A stretch of 64,000 nt of DNA from NCBI GenBank assembly GCA_965203175.1, contig OZ241867.1, forward strand, positions 6,112,001 through 6,176,000. The letters run 5' to 3'. Position 1 is the stretch's first letter. The number at the start of each line of letters is the position of its first letter. Origin of the DNA: Candidatus Latescibacterota bacterium. GTDB lineage: Bacteria > Latescibacterota > UBA2968 > UBA8231. Of this stretch, positions 60,155 to 64,000 are shown piece by piece. Both the position numbers and the translations under genes were made by a program. Below the pieces are notes generated by a model. It worked only from the letters and a program-made list of their open reading frames with translations. It did not search any database and was not told the origin of the DNA.

Positions 60155-60901
60155 ATGTGGGAAATAATTCAAAGTGGCGGACCGATGATGGTGCCCCTCA
60201 TCGCCTGTGCGATTCTAGCCCTTGCCTATTCGATTGAACGCCTGTGGATCTTCAGTCAATTGCCCACCTCGGAAGAAGCCCAAACTGAGCTCGATCGGCT
60301 CGAAACCGCGCTGCGCAACCGCGGCGAACAAGCCGTCGTCGAAGAGTGCAACCAAGGCAAGGGGCTGCTCAATTACGTCTTTGCTTCGCTGTTGAAACGA
60401 TACGATACGCTGATGATCGAACAGCGGGAATTCAAAGACACCAACGAGGAGATCATCCGGCTAGCCGACGCCGGCGGCGGCGGGCAGGTCAGCCGGTTTA
60501 TGGTCATGCAGCGGGAACTGGCCGATCTCAAAGACGAACTGGTCATTCAGACCGAGGCTGCCGCCCGAACCTATTTGGGCAAGAATCTGGCGATCCTGAA
60601 TACCATCGGCAACATAAGCCCCTTGCTGGGCTTGCTCGGCACCATTATGGGGATGATCATCGCCTTTGAGTCCATCGCCACCGCCGGGGCCGGCGACCCC
60701 AAAGTCGTCGCGGGCGGTATTTCCCAAGCTTTGGTCACCACCGCATCGGGGCTGATCGTGGCCATCCCAACGATTGTCTTGTATCGCTATCTAGCGCGCA
60801 AAGCAGACAATCTACTCGAAGACGCTGAGATGTACGGCCATGCCTTTGCCAATGCGCTGATCACGACCGGACAGCGCCAACAATACGAAACGACCGAGTA
60901 G
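60155..60901 (+). CDS. exbB: MotA/TolQ/ExbB proton-channel protein
   Basis: GGPMMVPL..., ISPLLGLLGTIMGMI, GISQALVTTASGLIVAIP. Confidence 0.93.
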   Translation: MWEIIQSGGPMMVPLIACAILALAYSIERLWIFSQLPTSEEAQTELDRLETALRNRGEQAVVEECNQGKGLLNYVFASLLKRYDTLMIEQREFKDTNEEIIRLADAGGGGQVSRFMVMQRELADLKDELVIQTEAAARTYLGKNLAILNTIGNISPLLGLLGTIMGMIIAFESIATAGAGDPKVVAGGISQALVTTASGLIVAIPTIVLYRYLARKADNLLEDAEMYGHAFANALITTGQRQQYETTE

Positions 60902-60925
60902 CTCCCGCCGGGAGGAGTCAACCTG

Positions 60926-61342
60926 ATGGCTAGACATCGCAAAGATCGTCCCGAGAGCTTTCTGGCCGAAGGCGGTCCGGATATGACGCCTTTGATCGAC
61001 TGCGTGTTTTTGCTGCTGATTTTTTTCATGGTCACCACGGTGTTTCTCCACACCAAAGGGCTAGAAGTGGACATGCCAGCCCAAAGCGAGGCTACGGAAG
61101 AAAAAAAGAAAGATATCAACGTCTTGGTCGATCGCGACGGCCAGATTCAGATCAAGGGCGAGGCCGTGCAGCCGACGGCCTTGGCGGCACGGCTGGTCAC
61201 GGCCATGGACGAGGCCAATAACGACAATATCATCATTCAGGCCGACGGCGAGTGCGCTCAGAAACACGTCGTGTTTGTGGTGGATAGAGCCAAGGAGGTT
61301 GGGGTTGAGGGCATCGCTTTTGTGCGGGAACGGGAGGAGTGA
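60926..61342 (+). CDS. exbD: ExbD/TolR protein 1
   Basis: DMTPLIDCVFLLLIFFMV (essential Asp), IIIQADG, VVDRAKEVG. Confidence 0.93.
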   Translation: MARHRKDRPESFLAEGGPDMTPLIDCVFLLLIFFMVTTVFLHTKGLEVDMPAQSEATEEKKKDINVLVDRDGQIQIKGEAVQPTALAARLVTAMDEANNDNIIIQADGECAQKHVVFVVDRAKEVGVEGIAFVREREE

Positions 61343-61755
61343 GTCGGATGCCTAGGCGCAAATCCCTATACGAAGAGCAAGAATTGAACATGACGCCTTT
61401 GATCGACTGCGTGTTTTTGCTGCTGATCTTCTTCATGGTAACCACGGTATTCAAGCAGCCCTACAGTCTGCAGGTCGTATTGCCCGAAGCGCAACAGGGC
61501 GTGATCGTCGAAGAGAAGAAACTAGTCGCCTCGATCACCCAGGACGGCCGCATGGAAATCAACCGCCATCTGGTGACCTTGGACAATTTGGAGCAGGTTC
61601 TGTTGCGGGAAAAAGAAGGCACCCGAAGTCTGACGCTGGTGGTGCGAACCGATCAGGAGACCCCGCATAAGTACCTACTGGATCTCTTCGAGGTGGCTAA
61701 GCGCGTGGGAATTGAAAAAATACCCCTGGCTACGGAAGACCTGCGAGAAAAATAG
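61339..61755 (+). CDS. exbD: ExbD/TolR protein 2
   Basis: NMTPLIDCVFLLLIFFMV, VVRTDQETP, VAKRVGIEKI; start 61339 (GTG) or 61348 (ATG). Confidence 0.93.
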   Translation: MSRMPRRKSLYEEQELNMTPLIDCVFLLLIFFMVTTVFKQPYSLQVVLPEAQQGVIVEEKKLVASITQDGRMEINRHLVTLDNLEQVLLREKEGTRSLTLVVRTDQETPHKYLLDLFEVAKRVGIEKIPLATEDLREK

Positions 61756-61839
61756 TTTGGAATTGGACCGCCACGGCGAACAACTCCTCTGCAGACGCCC
61801 ACAGAAATCCACCCCATCTGAATAAATGTAGCCTTCGCC

Positions 61840-63999
61840 CTAGCGTTGCCCTGCCAGCCGCTGACGCGCCCGGTGGATCCCTTGGGCCGCGCCAGCGTGA
61901 TCGGGTACCAAGCGCAATACGGCTTCCCACTGGGCTATTGCTTGCGACCAATTTTTCTGGACCGCATAGACCTGTGCCAGCGCATCCCTTGTATCCGGCA
62001 CCTTGGGATCAAGCTCAATACTGCGCTCAAACGATGTAGTCGCTGCGTTTAAATTTCCCTGCATGGCATAGGCCATGCCCAGATTGCTGTGGACCAGCGC
62101 CAGATCCGGTTTAATCTCCAAGGCGCGCCGGTATGCAGCCACAGCCCGATCATAGCGACCGCTCTGGTGGTAGGCTTGGCCCAGATCGTTGAAGGCATCA
62201 TAGAGTTGCGGATCCAGTTGGCAAGCCCGTTCGTAGGCGCGGATGGCCAGTGCTATTTGGTTGCGCTGGTACAATACCCGTCCCTTACCGTGAAAGGCCG
62301 GGGCGTAGGAAGGATCCAGTGCGATAGCGCGTTCAAAAAACTGCAACCCTAGCGCAAAGCGTCCCTGTTCTACATAGGTCAATCCCAATAGGTAATGGGC
62401 CCGGACATTCTCTGGATAATCGGCGACCTTTTTCTCATAGAGTTCCACCCGATTCTGCACTAGACTTAAACGCTCAAACAGCGCCTGCTCTTTGGCCGCC
62501 TGTCCATGCTGTCCCTTGTTCGCGTATAACTGAGCCAGATGCAAATGCGGTTTGGGATCCCACGGCGCAAGCCGAACCGCTTTTCTGAAGGCGGCAACAG
62601 CGGCCCCTAGCCTATCAGCCCGCAGGTAGGCTAGCCCCAACCAGTGGGCGTACTCCCAGGCTTGTGGTTTCAGCAGAGTCGCCTGTCCGAGTGCCTCGAT
62701 TGCTTCGGGCAGGCGACTCTGCTGCAAATAGACCTTGCCCAGCAAATGGTGAGCATCGGCTCGCGTTGGTTTTATCTGCACGGCCTGTTCCAGCACCTTG
62801 CGCGCCGCAGCAAACTCGCCCAAGCCGGAGAATAGCACCAAGCCCAAGTTGACATAGGCCGGGATATACTCCGGGTCCAGTTCCAAGGCTTTTTGCAACA
62901 TAGCCCGCGCTTCGAGATAGCGACCCTGTTTGAAGAGAGCCTCGCTGGCGCGGCGATAATCTGCCGGTCCCCAATCCGGTGCCCCTGTGACCTGCGGTGC
63001 GATATCGGATGCTCTGATTTGAGAAGCCGATGCTCTCGCAGTCGGCACCACAGCCGGCACTTCATTCCCGGCCGCGATCTGGTCACTGCCTTCGCGTACG
63101 ATCAGATAGCGACGCAGCAGAGGATCGCGGATTACCTGTTTTAGGCCCGAAGGCCAGCGAATCTCCACCTGATCCACACTCGTCGCCCGGCCCAGACCAA
63201 ACAACAGGCGCTCATCGTGCTGACTCTGAAAACCGTACCCGCGCTGCACTTCCTTGGTTTGCACTATATCTCCTGCCCACACCCGCACGCGCGCGCCGAT
63301 GGCATCCTTGTTGCTCTGCACGCCCACCAGTTTTAAGCCCAGCCAATTGTGAGCATTCCCTCCGTCGTTGCGCAACAATGCCGGCCGGCCATTGAGATTG
63401 GTCACCAGCAAATCTGGATCGCCGTCGTTGTCGTAGTCGCCTACGGCTCCACCCCGACTTACCTGTTTGAGTTGCCACCCCGGACCGGCTTGTCCTCCCA
63501 CTTCGACAAAGCGGCCCTGTCTATTTTGATAGAGCAAATTGCGCTGTGCATAGCGCAGGCCGGTCGCGTATTGACTTAGCTGGGGATAGACGTGCCCGTT
63601 GACCGCAAATACATCCTGCCAGCCGTCGTTGTCGTAGTCGAAGAAACCCGCGCTCCAGCCCAGATAGGGTAGTACTGCACCGCCCAACCCCGCTTCATAA
63701 GTGGCATCTACAAATGCGCCGTTGCCTCTATTCCGGTACAGCGTATTAACATCATCCGAAAAATTGGTCACGTATAGATCCAGATCGCCGTCGTTGTCGT
63801 AGTCTCCACCGTGGACGCCCATGCCGGCTTGCGCCCGACCGCCTTCGCTAAAGCCCACCCCCAGCGGGATGGCGGTATCGACTAGGTTCCAGTTCCCGTC
63901 GTTCCGATAGAGGACATTGACTTCCGAGTCATTGGCCACATAGATATCGGCGTCACCGTCGTTGTCGTAATCCCCGAAAACAACGCCCAGTCCCGGCAG
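61840..63999 (-). CDS. CRTAC1-like FG-GAP/ASPIC-UnbV protein with C-terminal TPRs (5' partial)
   Basis: Repeated GDYDNDGDxD; NKDAIGARV, LLFGLG, IRWPSG (ASPIC/UnbV); C-terminal TPRs; frame stays open to the window end. Confidence 0.9.
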   Translation of the reverse strand: MPGLGVVFGDYDNDGDADIYVANDSEVNVLYRNDGNWNLVDTAIPLGVGFSEGGRAQAGMGVHGGDYDNDGDLDLYVTNFSDDVNTLYRNRGNGAFVDATYEAGLGGAVLPYLGWSAGFFDYDNDGWQDVFAVNGHVYPQLSQYATGLRYAQRNLLYQNRQGRFVEVGGQAGPGWQLKQVSRGGAVGDYDNDGDPDLLVTNLNGRPALLRNDGGNAHNWLGLKLVGVQSNKDAIGARVRVWAGDIVQTKEVQRGYGFQSQHDERLLFGLGRATSVDQVEIRWPSGLKQVIRDPLLRRYLIVREGSDQIAAGNEVPAVVPTARASASQIRASDIAPQVTGAPDWGPADYRRASEALFKQGRYLEARAMLQKALELDPEYIPAYVNLGLVLFSGLGEFAAARKVLEQAVQIKPTRADAHHLLGKVYLQQSRLPEAIEALGQATLLKPQAWEYAHWLGLAYLRADRLGAAVAAFRKAVRLAPWDPKPHLHLAQLYANKGQHGQAAKEQALFERLSLVQNRVELYEKKVADYPENVRAHYLLGLTYVEQGRFALGLQFFERAIALDPSYAPAFHGKGRVLYQRNQIALAIRAYERACQLDPQLYDAFNDLGQAYHQSGRYDRAVAAYRRALEIKPDLALVHSNLGMAYAMQGNLNAATTSFERSIELDPKVPDTRDALAQVYAVQKNWSQAIAQWEAVLRLVPDHAGAAQGIHRARQRLAGQR

Positions 64000-64000
64000 C

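Noticed and set aside
60155-61755. Flagellar MotAB stator, Tol-Pal, or Zorya ZorAB
   Set aside because: Partners are ExbD-type without an OmpA peptidoglycan-binding domain; no tolA/tolB/pal, flagellar or zorC/D/E genes.
63410-63975. Repeated CCGTCGTTGTCGTA as a DNA repeat or CRISPR array
   Set aside because: Encodes the YDNDG FG-GAP protein repeats and is irregularly spaced within a CDS.

Overview
GC-rich bacterial DNA, about 45 protein genes, with no rRNA, tRNA, CRISPR array or transposase seen. Gene content (FlgD/CHU-type C-terminal domains, several PhyH dioxygenases, DUF6785, DUF4159, a CRTAC1-like protein) suggests an FCB-group candidate lineage such as Latescibacterota; this is inference. 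Domain names are recognised from motifs by eye, not from a search. 1-7.9 kb: DUF4175/TPR/GAT-like/MoxR/DUF58 locus interrupted by a PhyH-HEAT fusion. 7.9-16.6 kb: sufB-(AT-rich ORFan)-sufCDSUT-rrf2 Fe-S operon; SufB carries a 361-aa LAGLIDADG intein and a diverged in-frame duplicate of the sufS 3' end precedes sufU. 16.5-30.5 kb: catabolic genes (PhyH, enolase superfamily, uronate-DH-like, Ldh_2, DASS, GH4, CocE/NonD, sulfatase) plus an AT-rich DUF5677-like gene. 30.5-44 kb: secreted proteins with T9SS-like C-terminal domains and a shared WSxWS module. Most notable, at 40-61.8 kb, is a co-directional 22-kb cluster: two CTD-bearing secreted proteins, three tandem paralogous 900-1040 aa putative outer-membrane proteins with Asp-rich Ca-binding inserts, a 1080-aa TPR protein, lipoproteins, a membrane-anchored DUF4159 protein, a CsgG/FlgT-like protein and an ExbB-ExbD-ExbD motor with no TonB. 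It is a candidate undescribed PMF-driven envelope transport or secretion machine.
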